From positions 1 through 44,525 of the forward strand of contig JAYKIX010000178.1 in assembly GCA_035286005.1 (NCBI GenBank): a DNA stretch of 44,525 bases. The letters run 5' to 3'. Every line of letters begins with the position of its first letter. Position 1 is the stretch's first letter. Shown here in pieces: positions 18,216-28,902 of this stretch. A program made the position numbers and the translations under genes. Source of the DNA: Synechococcus sp. GTDB lineage: Bacteria; Cyanobacteriota; Cyanobacteriia; PCC-6307; Cyanobiaceae. The notes below the pieces were generated by a model. It ran no database searches and was not told the DNA's origin. It saw only the letters and a list, made by a program, of their open reading frames with translations.

Positions 18216-19115
18216 TCAGCGGGAAGTCAATTGATTGATCCAGCGAGCTATCAGATTGAGAAGCAGGATAAACACCACAAGGACAAACGAGGCGGCCCAG
18301 GCCAATTCGTTTTGCACCTCATAGGGCATGGTGGCGAACTTGTAGATCAACACCGATAAGCTGCCGATGGGATTGAAGATGCCCTCAGCCCACCAGGGGG
18401 AATAAAGGGCAGTGAAAATCAGTGGAGCAGTTTCACCTGCGGCTCGCGCAATGGCCAAAACAACTCCTGTCGCAATCGAACGGGAGGCCGTCGGCAAGGT
18501 GACGCGAATGATCGTCACGAATCTGGAAGCTCCAACGCCAAGGGAAGCTCTGCGAAGGTCATCGGGCACAAGCTTCAGGCCTTCATCGGTGGTTTTGATC
18601 ACCGTTGGAAGCATCAGCACAGCAAGAGCAATACCTCCGGCCACGGCGCTGTAGGCATTGTCAAAGAGCACCCGAGTGGAAACGATGGCGCTGTATATGA
18701 ACACCCCCGCGATGATCGATGGCACCCCTGAAAGAACGTTGGTCCCAAAGCGGATGAATTGGGCGAACCAGCCGCCGCGGGAGTATTCAGCCAGAAACAC
18801 CCCGCCGCCAACGCCGATCGGGATGGCCAGAAGACTGGCGATGAATGTGACGATCAGCGACCCCTGGATGGCGTTGCCAATGCCACCACCGTCGAGTCCG
18901 GGTGCAGGCTGTTCGAGGAAGAACAGATCAAGACTCAGCTTGCTTGCACCCTTGTAGAGCACGTAGCTGAGCACGAGAAAGAGTGGCAGAACCGCAATCA
19001 GAGCAAACAGTCCTGCGAGGGCAGTCAGTAACGAACCCTTGATGTTTCGAGGATGGCTTTTCTTAAGGGTGAGGTCAGGTATTGGCCTGAGACCCTCCTG
19101 GATGGAAGAATTCAT
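18216..19115 (-). CDS. pstA: Phosphate ABC transporter permease PstA
   Basis: FLAEY, GVPSII, ARAAGETAPL. Confidence 0.95.
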   Translation of the reverse strand: MNSSIQEGLRPIPDLTLKKSHPRNIKGSLLTALAGLFALIAVLPLFLVLSYVLYKGASKLSLDLFFLEQPAPGLDGGGIGNAIQGSLIVTFIASLLAIPIGVGGGVFLAEYSRGGWFAQFIRFGTNVLSGVPSIIAGVFIYSAIVSTRVLFDNAYSAVAGGIALAVLMLPTVIKTTDEGLKLVPDDLRRASLGVGASRFVTIIRVTLPTASRSIATGVVLAIARAAGETAPLIFTALYSPWWAEGIFNPIGSLSVLIYKFATMPYEVQNELAWAASFVLVVFILLLNLIARWINQLTSR

Positions 19116-20065
19116 CAGTATTTCAGGCTCAGGCGTTTAACAATTAGTTGGGCCAGAATGTTGACAACTAATGTGAGGATGATCAACACAAATGCGGCAT
19201 ACATAAGTGACGACACCTGGCTACCATCTGCTTCGCCAAATTGATTGGCGAGCATGGCGGCAATGGTGTTTCCAGGGGCCAGCAACGACCAGCTGAAGTT
19301 GTTGGAGTTTCCGATAATCATCGTGACGGCCATCGTTTCTCCCATCGCGCGGCCTAGGGCCAACATCACTCCACCGACGATGCCTGAAATAGCGGCTGGC
19401 AGGATCACCTGGAGGATGGCCGTCCAACGGGTGCTGCCGATGCCGTAGGCGGCCTGGCGAAGACGCGTCGGAACCTGGTTGAGAGAATCGCGCGCGATCG
19501 CTGTGATGATCGGCAAGATCATCACGACCAACACCAAGATGGCCGGGGCCATGCCCGGTCCCAGTGGGATGGTGCTGAAGAGGGGAATGAATCCGAACAT
19601 GTCATGGAGCCATGTGAGGAATGGGCGCAAGACGGGTTCGAGCACAAAAATGGCCCAGAGGCCCAGCACCACCGACGGAATGGCGGCGAGTAGTTCCACC
19701 ATCAGACCAATCAGTTCACGCAGCTTTTTGGGGATAAAGCTTTCAGTGATGAAGATGGCGGTTCCCACCCCCAGTGGAACGGCGACTGCCAGGGATAACA
19801 ACGAGGTGACAATCGTTCCGTAGATCGCTGTGAACGCGCCGTATTCGTCATCAACGGGGTTCCAACTCGAGGTGATCAGGAACCGCCATCCGTAGAGCTT
19901 CATGGACTCCAGCGAACCGGAGAACACGATGATCAAGATGGCAAACAGCACCAATGCGACTGTTGAGGCCATGAGCACCGCAGCCTGGTTGAAGCCTGTA
20001 TCGACAAGCTTTTCCGAGGGTGGGCGATGCCTCAGTTGGTACATCTCCCCTGGTTCGGTGGGCAT
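19115..20065 (-). CDS. pstC: Phosphate ABC transporter permease PstC
   Basis: ELLAAIPSVVLGLW, GRAMGETMAV, ANQFGEA. Confidence 0.95.
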   Translation of the reverse strand: MPTEPGEMYQLRHRPPSEKLVDTGFNQAAVLMASTVALVLFAILIIVFSGSLESMKLYGWRFLITSSWNPVDDEYGAFTAIYGTIVTSLLSLAVAVPLGVGTAIFITESFIPKKLRELIGLMVELLAAIPSVVLGLWAIFVLEPVLRPFLTWLHDMFGFIPLFSTIPLGPGMAPAILVLVVMILPIITAIARDSLNQVPTRLRQAAYGIGSTRWTAILQVILPAAISGIVGGVMLALGRAMGETMAVTMIIGNSNNFSWSLLAPGNTIAAMLANQFGEADGSQVSSLMYAAFVLIILTLVVNILAQLIVKRLSLKY

Positions 20066-20216
20066 GCCTGTGCAGCACTCATCTCTAAAACGTACGCGCT
20101 TGGCCCGGCCGAAATCACTAAGGCTGAATTAACGCAAAGGGAATTCCAAGGGAAATCCGACCCTGAGACGCCCTTGGGCTTTTGGTCAGGGCCGGTAGCG
20201 TAGGAGTTCCCTACTG

Positions 20217-22220
20217 ATGGCCATGGGGCGGATTGTCGGAATCGACCTGGGTACGACCAATTCCGTGGTTGCTGTACTGGAAGCGGGTCGTCCTCAGGTG
20301 ATCGCCAATGCTGAGGGAACACGGACCACGCCATCGGTAGTGGGTTACACGAAGGAATCTGAGCTTTTGGTGGGCCAGGCCGCCCGTCGCCAGCTGGTGC
20401 TGAATCCACGCAACACCTATTCAAATCTCAAGCGCTTTGTTGGACGCAGCTGGGATGAGTTGGATGACTCCAGCCTCACTGTCCCCTACACCGTTCGCGC
20501 CAACGCTCAGAACAACGTCCGGGTGGCCTGCCCGATCACAGAACGGGAATACGCGCCAGAGGAGCTGGTGGCCAGCATCCTGCGCAAGCTGGTTGATGAC
20601 GCATCCACCTACCTCGGTGAGACCGTTGAGGCTGCCGTAATCACTGTCCCGGCCTATTTCAATGATGCGCAGCGTCAAGCCACACGCGACGCCGGTCGAC
20701 TTGCAGGACTGCAGGTGGAACGGATTCTCAACGAACCAACGGCTGCCGCTCTGGCCTATGGCTTTGATCGGAGTGCGGTGAAACGCGTTCTGGTGTTCGA
20801 CCTGGGCGGTGGCACGTTTGACGTGTCGCTTCTGCGCGTGGCCAACGGCGTCTTTGACGTCAAAGCCACCAACGGCGACACACAGTTAGGGGGCAACGAC
20901 TTCGATCAACGAATCGTGGATTGGCTTGCTGAAGCCTTCCAGAAGGAAAACGCAATCGACCTAAGACGCGATCGACAGGCCCTGCAACGCTTAACGGAAG
21001 CCGCCGAAAAGGCTAAACAGGAACTCTCAGGAGTGACCACAACACCGATCTCTCTGCCGTTCATCGCTACCGGGCAGGAGGGTCCCCTGCACATTGAGAC
21101 CACCCTTGATCGCAGCACATTTGAGGGATTGTGCCCTGATCTGCTCGACCGTGTGCTGGTGCCTGTTCAGGCTGCTCTCCGAGATTCCGGTTGGGCGGCC
21201 GAAGACATCGACGATGTGGTGTTGGTCGGAGGCAGCACTCGGATGCCGATGGTGCAGCAGTTGGTCCGAACACTGATTCCGCATGACCCCTGTCAATCGG
21301 TCAATCCTGATGAGGTGGTCGCCATTGGCGCTGCCGTTCAGGCCGGAATCCTCACCGGTGAGCTTCGCGACCTCATGCTCAATGACGTCACCCCCCTGTC
21401 ATTGGGCTTGGAGACCGTTGGCGGTTTGATGAAGGTGTTGATTCCTCGAAACACACCGATTCCGGTGCGTCAATCGGATGTTTTCAGTACTTCCGAGTCG
21501 AATCAGTCGTCGGTAGAGATCCACATCTGGCAAGGGGAGCGTCAGATGGCTGCCGACAACAAGTCATTAGGCCGGTTTCGTCTATCCGGGATCCCCCCTG
21601 CTCCCCGCGGTGTTCCCCAGATACAGGTCGCCTTTGATATCGATGCCAACGGCATCCTTCAAGTCAGTGCCACCGATCGCACCACCGGTCGGAAGCAGTC
21701 GGTGACCATCCAGGGTGGGTCGAATCTCAATGAAGATGAGTTGCAGGCGTTGCTGGCGGAGGCTGAGGCGCGCGCTGATGAAGATCGCCGAACTCGGGCA
21801 GCCATTGAGCGTCGAAATCGTGCAATGACCCTTGTGGCTCAGGCGGAGCGACGCCTACGCGATGCTGCGCTGGAACTGGGTCCTTACGGGGCAGAGCGCC
21901 AGCAGCGTGCTGTGGAAATGGCAATGCGAGATCTTCAAGACCTCTTGGAGCAAGACGATCTTCAGGAGCTTGAACTGGGGGTGAGCGCTCTGCAAGAGGC
22001 GATGTTCGGTTTGAACCGCCGATTGTCAGCTGAACGTCGCTCCGAGAGCAGTCCTCTCCAGGGGATCCGCAACACACTCGGATCCTTGAAAGACGAATTA
22101 TTTGCTGATGACGACTGGGATGATGATCCCTGGGCGTCACCAGGTGGCCGATCAACAGTGGGCCGTTATGGCGGGCCTCGGCAGGGGATGGATCCTTGGG
22201 ACGATGACTTCTACCGCTGA
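20217..22220 (+). CDS. dnaK: Molecular chaperone DnaK (cyanobacterial paralog linked to dnaJ)
   Basis: [36 protein letters not shown]; alternative ATG at 20223. Confidence 0.97.
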   Translation: MAMGRIVGIDLGTTNSVVAVLEAGRPQVIANAEGTRTTPSVVGYTKESELLVGQAARRQLVLNPRNTYSNLKRFVGRSWDELDDSSLTVPYTVRANAQNNVRVACPITEREYAPEELVASILRKLVDDASTYLGETVEAAVITVPAYFNDAQRQATRDAGRLAGLQVERILNEPTAAALAYGFDRSAVKRVLVFDLGGGTFDVSLLRVANGVFDVKATNGDTQLGGNDFDQRIVDWLAEAFQKENAIDLRRDRQALQRLTEAAEKAKQELSGVTTTPISLPFIATGQEGPLHIETTLDRSTFEGLCPDLLDRVLVPVQAALRDSGWAAEDIDDVVLVGGSTRMPMVQQLVRTLIPHDPCQSVNPDEVVAIGAAVQAGILTGELRDLMLNDVTPLSLGLETVGGLMKVLIPRNTPIPVRQSDVFSTSESNQSSVEIHIWQGERQMAADNKSLGRFRLSGIPPAPRGVPQIQVAFDIDANGILQVSATDRTTGRKQSVTIQGGSNLNEDELQALLAEAEARADEDRRTRAAIERRNRAMTLVAQAERRLRDAALELGPYGAERQQRAVEMAMRDLQDLLEQDDLQELELGVSALQEAMFGLNRRLSAERRSESSPLQGIRNTLGSLKDELFADDDWDDDPWASPGGRSTVGRYGGPRQGMDPWDDDFYR

Positions 22221-23121
22221 GCCCAATTACTGGTCTCTGCTCGGACTCGAGCCTGACAGCGACGCCGATGCTCTGAAAAGGGCCTTTCGGCGTGAGGCGC
22301 GTCGCTGGCATCCAGATCTCAACAGTAATGACCGCCAGGCGGAGGAGCGCTTCAAGCTCGTCAATGAGGCCTATGCAGTTCTCAGTGATCCGAAACGTCG
22401 GCGCCTTTGGGAGGGTGGAGGCGATCAGGGGACGGTCAGTACTGATCCCTTTGCTTCTGGGTTCCCAGACTTTGACGATTACCTCGATGTGGTTCTGGGG
22501 GGAGGACCTTACCGGCGTGAGCCTTCGTCAGTTGATCCCATGGACGATCAGCCGGAGGCTGAAGCGGACTCGGAACCCAGTGGCTGGCCCACCACCGCTG
22601 CACCACCACCACCGCCGGTCCGGGCGGCTGAAAGCATTGAAACGGAAGTTCTTCTGACTCCTGATCAGGCACTACTCGGCACCCCTGTGGAGTTGGAACT
22701 GAGTGATGGCACCGTTGTTGAGGTGCAGACACCACCGCAAGCCGGTGATGGTTGGCGATTACGGCTAGCCGGCGTTGCTCCAGGAGGCGGTGATCACTTC
22801 CTGCATCTGCGGGTGCAAACCAACGATGGACTTCGTATTGACGGTCTTCGCGTTCTCTATCGCCTCGACTTGTTGCCAGCGGATGCAGCGCTCGGATGTG
22901 CCGTGGATGTTCCGACACTGTCCGGACCAGTGACACTCCAGGTGCCACCGGGTTCCTCCAGCGGTCGTTTGCTGCGCTTACGTGGTCGTGGGCTGGAGTT
23001 TGAAGACCGCCGGGGTGATCAATTGGTGGAAATTGTGGTGGTGATACCAGCTGAACTGAGTGATGCCGAACGGGCCCTCTACAGGCGCCTACAGGAGCTG
23101 GCGTTAGAAGCCAGCGACTGA
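22204..23121 (+). CDS. dnaJ: DnaJ-family co-chaperone without zinc finger
   Basis: J-domain with WHPD, DnaJ C-terminal domain, no CxxCxGxG repeats; overlaps dnaK by 17 bp. Confidence 0.9.
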   Translation: MTSTAEPNYWSLLGLEPDSDADALKRAFRREARRWHPDLNSNDRQAEERFKLVNEAYAVLSDPKRRRLWEGGGDQGTVSTDPFASGFPDFDDYLDVVLGGGPYRREPSSVDPMDDQPEAEADSEPSGWPTTAAPPPPPVRAAESIETEVLLTPDQALLGTPVELELSDGTVVEVQTPPQAGDGWRLRLAGVAPGGGDHFLHLRVQTNDGLRIDGLRVLYRLDLLPADAALGCAVDVPTLSGPVTLQVPPGSSSGRLLRLRGRGLEFEDRRGDQLVEIVVVIPAELSDAERALYRRLQELALEASD

Positions 23122-23164
23122 ACCCGATCGGCAGTGACAAACTGAACCTGCGATTCAGGCGCAG

Positions 23165-23569
23165 ATGCTCGTTCACGTTCTCCTTTACGACGCCGGACAG
23201 GACAGTGAGGGCATTCACTCTCTGGAGCTGTCGGGTTCCACGGTGGTTCTCATGTTTGAGAACCCGGATGATGCCGAGCGCTACGCGGGGCTACTGGAAG
23301 CGCAGGACTTCCCAGTGCCATCGGTCGAAGCCCTTGATCGCGAGGAGATCGAGATCTTTTGCCGTCAGGCCGGGTACGAGGTGAGGCTTGTGGAAGCGGG
23401 CTTTGTCCCAAAAACGGATGAAGAAAGGCTTCTCTTGGCTCCTCCCTCGGCCAACCGCGATGTCAGTGGCTGGCAAGACAAGGAACAGGTCATCGAAAGT
23501 GAGCCCGACCAGGCCGCCGCGAATGATCAGCTCGATGCCATCCGCCGCCGCCTTGAAGGCCTTTTGTGA
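23165..23569 (+). CDS. DUF3110 family protein
   Basis: EGIHSL..VLMFE..DDAERYAGLLEAQDF...RRRLEGLL. Confidence 0.85.
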   Translation: MLVHVLLYDAGQDSEGIHSLELSGSTVVLMFENPDDAERYAGLLEAQDFPVPSVEALDREEIEIFCRQAGYEVRLVEAGFVPKTDEERLLLAPPSANRDVSGWQDKEQVIESEPDQAAANDQLDAIRRRLEGLL

Positions 23570-23574
23570 AGGCC

Positions 23575-24534
23575 ATGACCGAATCCAAACACTTCAGACC
23601 CGTGATTGAAGCCTCAAACGACCGTGGCCATCTGCTCACTGAGCAATCCAATCCCCGCAGTCGCGATCTCGACACCCTGCAGGTGAACGAACTGGTGGAT
23701 TTGTTCATTAGTGAAGACATCAAGCCCCAACAGGCTGTTGCCGGAGCATCGACTGCCATTGCCCATGCGGTGGAGGGGATTGCAACGCGTTTAGCCAGTG
23801 GTGGTCGTCTCTTTTATGTGGGGGCCGGCACTTCCGGACGGCTGGGTGTGCTGGATGCCGCTGAGTGTCCCCCCACGTTCTGTAGTCCACCTGAACTTGT
23901 ACAGGGATTGCTGGCTGGTGGGGCTCCTGCCTTGCTTCGTAGTTCCGAAGGACTGGAGGATCTGAAGGATGCAGGGGCGGAAGATCTGCGCCTGCGTGGC
24001 CTTCAATCGACTGACTGTGTTGTTGGGATTGCTGCCGGTGGAACCACTCCTTACGTGCATGGAGCGCTGGAACTCGCTCGCAGTACAGGTGCCCTTGCCA
24101 TTGCCATGGCCTGTGTTCCGGGTGATCAGGCGGCCATGCCCTGCGACATTGATATCCGCCTGCTCACCGGTCCTGAATTGCTCACTGGTTCCACCCGACT
24201 CAAGGCAGGAACGGCCACCAAGATGGCGTTGAATGTGATTTCCACCGCTGTGATGGTGCGGCTCGGCAAGGTGTATGGCAATCGCATGGTGGATGTGGCA
24301 GCCACCAATAGCAAGTTGGTTGACCGCTCTCTGCGCATTCTTCGCGATCTTGCGGATGTGCCGCGCGAACGGGGTTTGGAGTTACTTCAGGCGGCTCAAG
24401 GATCCGTGAAGCTGGCCCTCATGATGGAGGCAGCTGATTTAGACGTTGAGCCGGCCCGCGCAGTTCTCGAGGCCCATGGTCAACATCTAAGAACTGCCTT
24501 AGAGAGCTGCGGTGCCACTCTCAATGCAGCTTGA
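23575..24534 (+). CDS. murQ: N-acetylmuramic acid 6-phosphate etherase
   Basis: LTEQSNP, GAGTSGRLGVLDAAECPPTF, TGSTRLKAGTATKM; start 23566 or 23575. Confidence 0.95.
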   Translation: MTESKHFRPVIEASNDRGHLLTEQSNPRSRDLDTLQVNELVDLFISEDIKPQQAVAGASTAIAHAVEGIATRLASGGRLFYVGAGTSGRLGVLDAAECPPTFCSPPELVQGLLAGGAPALLRSSEGLEDLKDAGAEDLRLRGLQSTDCVVGIAAGGTTPYVHGALELARSTGALAIAMACVPGDQAAMPCDIDIRLLTGPELLTGSTRLKAGTATKMALNVISTAVMVRLGKVYGNRMVDVAATNSKLVDRSLRILRDLADVPRERGLELLQAAQGSVKLALMMEAADLDVEPARAVLEAHGQHLRTALESCGATLNAA

Positions 24535-24569
24535 GACTTGAGGGGGCTGCGTGCATTCAGTTGTTTGCG

Positions 24570-25502
24570 TCATCCCCTGGTTGAGGTGGCTTGTTCGAAA
24601 GCACCCCAATAGGGGCTGGTGAACAAATCCAGGGCTTGGCGGGTGGTGGATGGAACAGCTTCCGGTCGTGTCATCAGGGCATCGGCGAGTGCCCTGTGGG
24701 CCAGTGAACTCGGTCTTTGTTGGGCCAGTGCATGCATCACTGCGTTCAGGATCGGGCCTGTGGCGGCTGCGTTCGCCTGCAGGTTGGCGATCACCATGTC
24801 GACGCTCACAGCGTCATGATCGGTATGCCAACAGTCGTAGTCAGTCACCATGCTCAATGAGGCGTAGGCAATTTCCGCCTCCCTCGCCAGGCGTGCCTCG
24901 GTGTGATTGGTCATTCCAATCACAGTGCAACCCCAACTGCGGTAAAGCTCACTTTCAGCTCGGGTGGAGAAGGCAGGTCCTTCCATGCAGAGATAGGTGC
25001 CACCCCGATGCAAGGTCTGACCTGCAGGCATGCACGTTTCAGCACATCCTGCAAGAACGGAACTGAGATTTGGACAGAACGGGTCTGCAAGGCTGACGTG
25101 CGCAACACAACCCTTGCCAAAAAAGCTGGCAGGCCGTTGCATTGTGCGGTCAATGAACTGTTCAGGCACCACCATGTCCCGTGGTTTGAGGCTCTCCTGC
25201 AGGGAGCCCACGGCAGACACAGAGACCAGCCAACGCACCCCTAGGGATCGCATCGCCCAGATGTTGGCCCTGTAGGGAACCTCTGTCGGCAAGAGGTGGT
25301 GGTTGCGACCATGGCGTGCGAGAAAGACTACCTCTACGCCTTGGAGCCGCCCAATACGGAAGGCATCCGATGGAGTGCCAAACGGAGTGTCGACCTCGAC
25401 TTCTGAGATGTCTTCGAGACCTTCAATTGCATAGAGGCCACTGCCGCCGATGACGCCAACACGGGCCTGCTGAAGGGAGTCCTGTAGAGCAGGGTTGGAC
25501 AT
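24570..25502 (-). CDS. mtnP: S-methyl-5'-thioadenosine phosphorylase
   Basis: IGGSGLY, ARHG, EGPAFSTRAES, GMT..EA.LAREAEI, VTDYDCW. Confidence 0.95.
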   Translation of the reverse strand: MSNPALQDSLQQARVGVIGGSGLYAIEGLEDISEVEVDTPFGTPSDAFRIGRLQGVEVVFLARHGRNHHLLPTEVPYRANIWAMRSLGVRWLVSVSAVGSLQESLKPRDMVVPEQFIDRTMQRPASFFGKGCVAHVSLADPFCPNLSSVLAGCAETCMPAGQTLHRGGTYLCMEGPAFSTRAESELYRSWGCTVIGMTNHTEARLAREAEIAYASLSMVTDYDCWHTDHDAVSVDMVIANLQANAAATGPILNAVMHALAQQRPSSLAHRALADALMTRPEAVPSTTRQALDLFTSPYWGAFEQATSTRG

Positions 25503-25564
25503 GGGGGAGGCACAAGTTCAGTCCATCCTGCCTCTGCGTAGCATGACCCTTTATTGGCAGTGCT

Positions 25565-26005
25565 TTGACGACTGTTCTGATGGAAACCGATGCTGGCCAG
25601 ATCCGGCTCGAGATGTTCGATGCGGACGCCCCGAACACCGTGGCGAACTTCGTCAAATTGGCCAAGGATGGTTACTACGACGGATTGGCATTCCATCGTG
25701 TGATCCCAGGATTCATGGCTCAAGGTGGATGCCCGAATTCCCGTGAGGGTTCCAGGGGGATGGCGGGCACAGGCGGTCCCGGCTACACCATCAACTGCGA
25801 GATCAACAGCCGCAAGCATGGCCCGGGAGCGCTGTCGATGGCCCATGCCGGCAAGAACACAGGTGGTAGCCAGTTCTTCATCGTTCATGAGGCTCAGCCC
25901 CATCTCGATGGCGTTCACACCGTCTTTGGTCAGACTGGCGACATGGACGTGGTCTTGGCCCTGAAAAACGGATCGCGGATCAACAAGGTGACGGTTCAGG
26001 ACTGA
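25565..26005 (+). CDS. Cyclophilin-type peptidyl-prolyl isomerase
   Basis: [36 protein letters not shown]. Confidence 0.93.
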   Translation: MTTVLMETDAGQIRLEMFDADAPNTVANFVKLAKDGYYDGLAFHRVIPGFMAQGGCPNSREGSRGMAGTGGPGYTINCEINSRKHGPGALSMAHAGKNTGGSQFFIVHEAQPHLDGVHTVFGQTGDMDVVLALKNGSRINKVTVQD

Positions 26006-26027
26006 GTTTGTTGATCGCTGACAGACG

Positions 26028-27752
26028 TCAGCTCCACTCAATCAGGGTCGGTTCATCAAACTGACCCTGAATTCTGACGAATCCGGCACGAAGGTCTTCA
26101 AGTGATCCTTTTGCGCGCTCCAGAGTCTGGGCCGGGTGCTCCATTTGATCTGATGACACCGCTACGTACAGGCCAACTCTGAGAGTCTCAGGCCAGGAAG
26201 CGAAGGATTCGAGAAGAGCCTGCAGGCGGGTCTTGAATGAGGCTCCGCCTTGATGACTTTCATGCTCAATGAGCATCCAGGCAAATTGAGGCCTCTCCCA
26301 AAGCGCCAGAAGTCGGGGTGATGTTTTGGCGGAGAGGCTCAAGTGGAGACGCGACGCCGTTTGCTCTGCACGAATGCTGATTTGAGGCAAGTGCTCGGTC
26401 AGACCGTCCCAGCTGATCACCATCTTGTTGGAGCCCTCTGGCGTCCCTGGAAGGTCGCGAATTGCCTCCGCTGTCTGCTCAACAGACTGGAAAAGATGGC
26501 CCAGCTTGTCGCGTTTGGCGGCTAGGTAGCTGGCGTTGTGATCACCCGGGTGAATCACCAAAGGCACGCGATCCACCACTTCAAGGCCATAACCCCCAAG
26601 GCCGGCAATTTTTCTGGGATTGTTCGTGAGCAGTCGCAGTCGGTGGATCCCTAGGTCACTGAGTATTTGGGCCCCAACCCCGTAATTGCGCAGATCAGCT
26701 GGAAAACCAAGCTTTTCGTTGGCCTCAACGGTGTCAAGACCTCCATCCTGGAGGCTGTAGGCCTTGAGTTTGTTGATCAAACCAATGCCTCGACCTTCCT
26801 GGCGGAGGTAAACCACGACCCCTTCACCCTCCTCCTCGATCTGACGTAATGCCGCCTCGAGTTGGGGCCGGCAGTCACAGCGCAGTGATCCAAATGCATC
26901 ACCGGTGAGACATTCCGAGTGCATGCGAACCAGCACCGGCTCACTGAGCTGAGCCGGATCTCCTTTGACGATCGCCACATGTTCGCTGCCATCGAGCTCG
27001 TTGCGGTACCCGATGGCTTTGAACTGTCCGAAGGCACTGGGTAATGAAGCCTGGGCTTGTCGAACCACGAAGCGTTCGTTTTCCAGCCTGTAACGGATCA
27101 GGTCTGCAATGCTGATCAGTCGCAAGTTCCACTGATCGGCGTATTCACGCAACTGATGAAGACGGGCCATGGAACCATCAGGGTTCTGGATTTCACAGAT
27201 CACCCCAGCGGGTGTGAGGCCTGAGAGGGCTGACAGATCAATGGCTGCTTCGGTGTGTCCTGCCCGTTTGAGAACGCCACCCTGACGGGCACGCAAGGGA
27301 AAAATGTGCCCCGGGCGGCGCAGGTCGCTAGGCCTCGCATCCGACTTCAGAGCCACTTGAATCGTGCGTGAGCGGTCCTCGGCTGAGATCCCGGTGGAGA
27401 CCCCATGCTCCGGTCCTGCATCAATGCTCACGGTGAAGGCCGTTTGGTTGGCATCCGTGTTCCGGTCGACCATCAAGGGCAGATCCAGGGCATCCAACTG
27501 TTGGCCCTCCATGGCCAGACAGATGAGCCCACGGGCATGGGTGGCCATGAAATTGATCTGGTCGGGGGTTGCGTACTGGGCCGCACAGATCAGGTCACCC
27601 TCATTTTCCCGACGTTCGTCATCCACAACCACCACACACTCGCCATTGCGGATGGCGGCCAGTGCATCGGGGATCGAGTCGAAGCGAACGGTCTGAATCG
27701 TGTCAGCGGAGGAAGGCGTGCTCAGGGGTCTTCGAAAGCCAACGATCTGCAT
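26028..27752 (-). CDS. ribBA: Bifunctional DHBP synthase / GTP cyclohydrolase II
   Basis: [46 protein letters not shown]; start uncertain. Confidence 0.95.
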   Translation of the reverse strand: MQIVGFRRPLSTPSSADTIQTVRFDSIPDALAAIRNGECVVVVDDERRENEGDLICAAQYATPDQINFMATHARGLICLAMEGQQLDALDLPLMVDRNTDANQTAFTVSIDAGPEHGVSTGISAEDRSRTIQVALKSDARPSDLRRPGHIFPLRARQGGVLKRAGHTEAAIDLSALSGLTPAGVICEIQNPDGSMARLHQLREYADQWNLRLISIADLIRYRLENERFVVRQAQASLPSAFGQFKAIGYRNELDGSEHVAIVKGDPAQLSEPVLVRMHSECLTGDAFGSLRCDCRPQLEAALRQIEEEGEGVVVYLRQEGRGIGLINKLKAYSLQDGGLDTVEANEKLGFPADLRNYGVGAQILSDLGIHRLRLLTNNPRKIAGLGGYGLEVVDRVPLVIHPGDHNASYLAAKRDKLGHLFQSVEQTAEAIRDLPGTPEGSNKMVISWDGLTEHLPQISIRAEQTASRLHLSLSAKTSPRLLALWERPQFAWMLIEHESHQGGASFKTRLQALLESFASWPETLRVGLYVAVSSDQMEHPAQTLERAKGSLEDLRAGFVRIQGQFDEPTLIEWS

Positions 27753-27795
27753 TCATTATCGGCATCGGTACGATCAGCCCAGTCCCTAGTCCCGC

Positions 27796-28902
27796 ATGCA
27801 ATCCAACCCCATGGTTCCGGCCCCGATCTCTTCCGGTGGTGTGGTTGGTCGTGTTGCTGTGGTGGGCGCTTCTGGCTATGGCGGATTGCAAACGCTCCGC
27901 ATCCTCCAGCGCCATCCGCAATTCGAGGTGACGTTTCTCGGGGGTGAACGCAGCGCTGGCAAGCGATGGAGTGAGTTGTGTTCCTTCCTGCCGCTGGTTG
28001 ATGATCCTGTCGTCGAGACCCCTGATCCCGCCAAAATTGCTGCGGCTGCAGATCTCGCGGTTCTAAGCCTTCCCAACGGGCTCGCCAGTGACATGGTCCC
28101 TGAGCTCTTGGATCGGGGAGTCCGGGTTGTGGACCTCTCGGCTGACTACCGCTACCGGTCTCTTCAAGCCTGGTCACAGGCGTACGTGCAGGAGGCACAA
28201 AAACATCAGCGCACCGACGCAGCACTTTGCGAGGAGGCTGTTTATGGACTACCTGAATGGCATGGCCCTGAGATCGCCAAGGCCAGGCTCGTGGCAGCTC
28301 CAGGGTGTTTCCCCACTACCAGCCTGTTGCCCCTGCTCCCTTTTCTCAAACAGGGGCTGATCGAAACCGAAGGGCTGATCATTGATGCGAAGACAGGCAC
28401 CTCCGGAGGAGGACGTGCAGCCAAGGAGCATCTCCTTCTCGCAGAAGCCTCTGAATCGATCGTTCCTTACGGCGTGGTCGGACATCGTCACACCTCAGAG
28501 ATTGAACAGATGGCCAGCGCCGTCGCTGGATGTCCGATTCACCTTCAGTTCACCCCCCATCTTGTACCGATGGTGCGTGGACTTCTTTCGACTGTGTATG
28601 CGCGACTGCGGGACCCTGGCCTCACGGCGGATGACTGCACCACGGTTCTCGAAGCGGTCTATCGCCATCACCCCTGCGTGCGTGTGTTGCCTGTTGGCAC
28701 CTATCCGGCGACAAAGTGGGCCAAGCACACCAACCAGGCTCTGCTCTCCGTTCAGGTGGATACGCGTACGGGACGGCTGGTGTTGATGAGTGCTGTCGAC
28801 AACCTCATGAAGGGCCAGGCTGGCCAAGGGGTGCAATGCCTCAATCTGATGGCAGGGTTGAATCCGACCCTCGGCCTTCCGTTAGAGCCTTTCTATCCCT
28901 GA
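27796..28902 (+). CDS. argC: N-acetyl-gamma-glutamyl-phosphate reductase
   Basis: GASGYGG, DLSADYR, PGCFPT, DNLMKGQAGQ. Confidence 0.96.
   Translation: MQSNPMVPAPISSGGVVGRVAVVGASGYGGLQTLRILQRHPQFEVTFLGGERSAGKRWSELCSFLPLVDDPVVETPDPAKIAAAADLAVLSLPNGLASDMVPELLDRGVRVVDLSADYRYRSLQAWSQAYVQEAQKHQRTDAALCEEAVYGLPEWHGPEIAKARLVAAPGCFPTTSLLPLLPFLKQGLIETEGLIIDAKTGTSGGGRAAKEHLLLAEASESIVPYGVVGHRHTSEIEQMASAVAGCPIHLQFTPHLVPMVRGLLSTVYARLRDPGLTADDCTTVLEAVYRHHPCVRVLPVGTYPATKWAKHTNQALLSVQVDTRTGRLVLMSAVDNLMKGQAGQGVQCLNLMAGLNPTLGLPLEPFYP

Noticed and set aside
20072-20100. CIRCE element upstream of dnaK (GCAGCACTC half-site)
   Set aside because: There is no GAGTGCTAA arm at 9-bp spacing.
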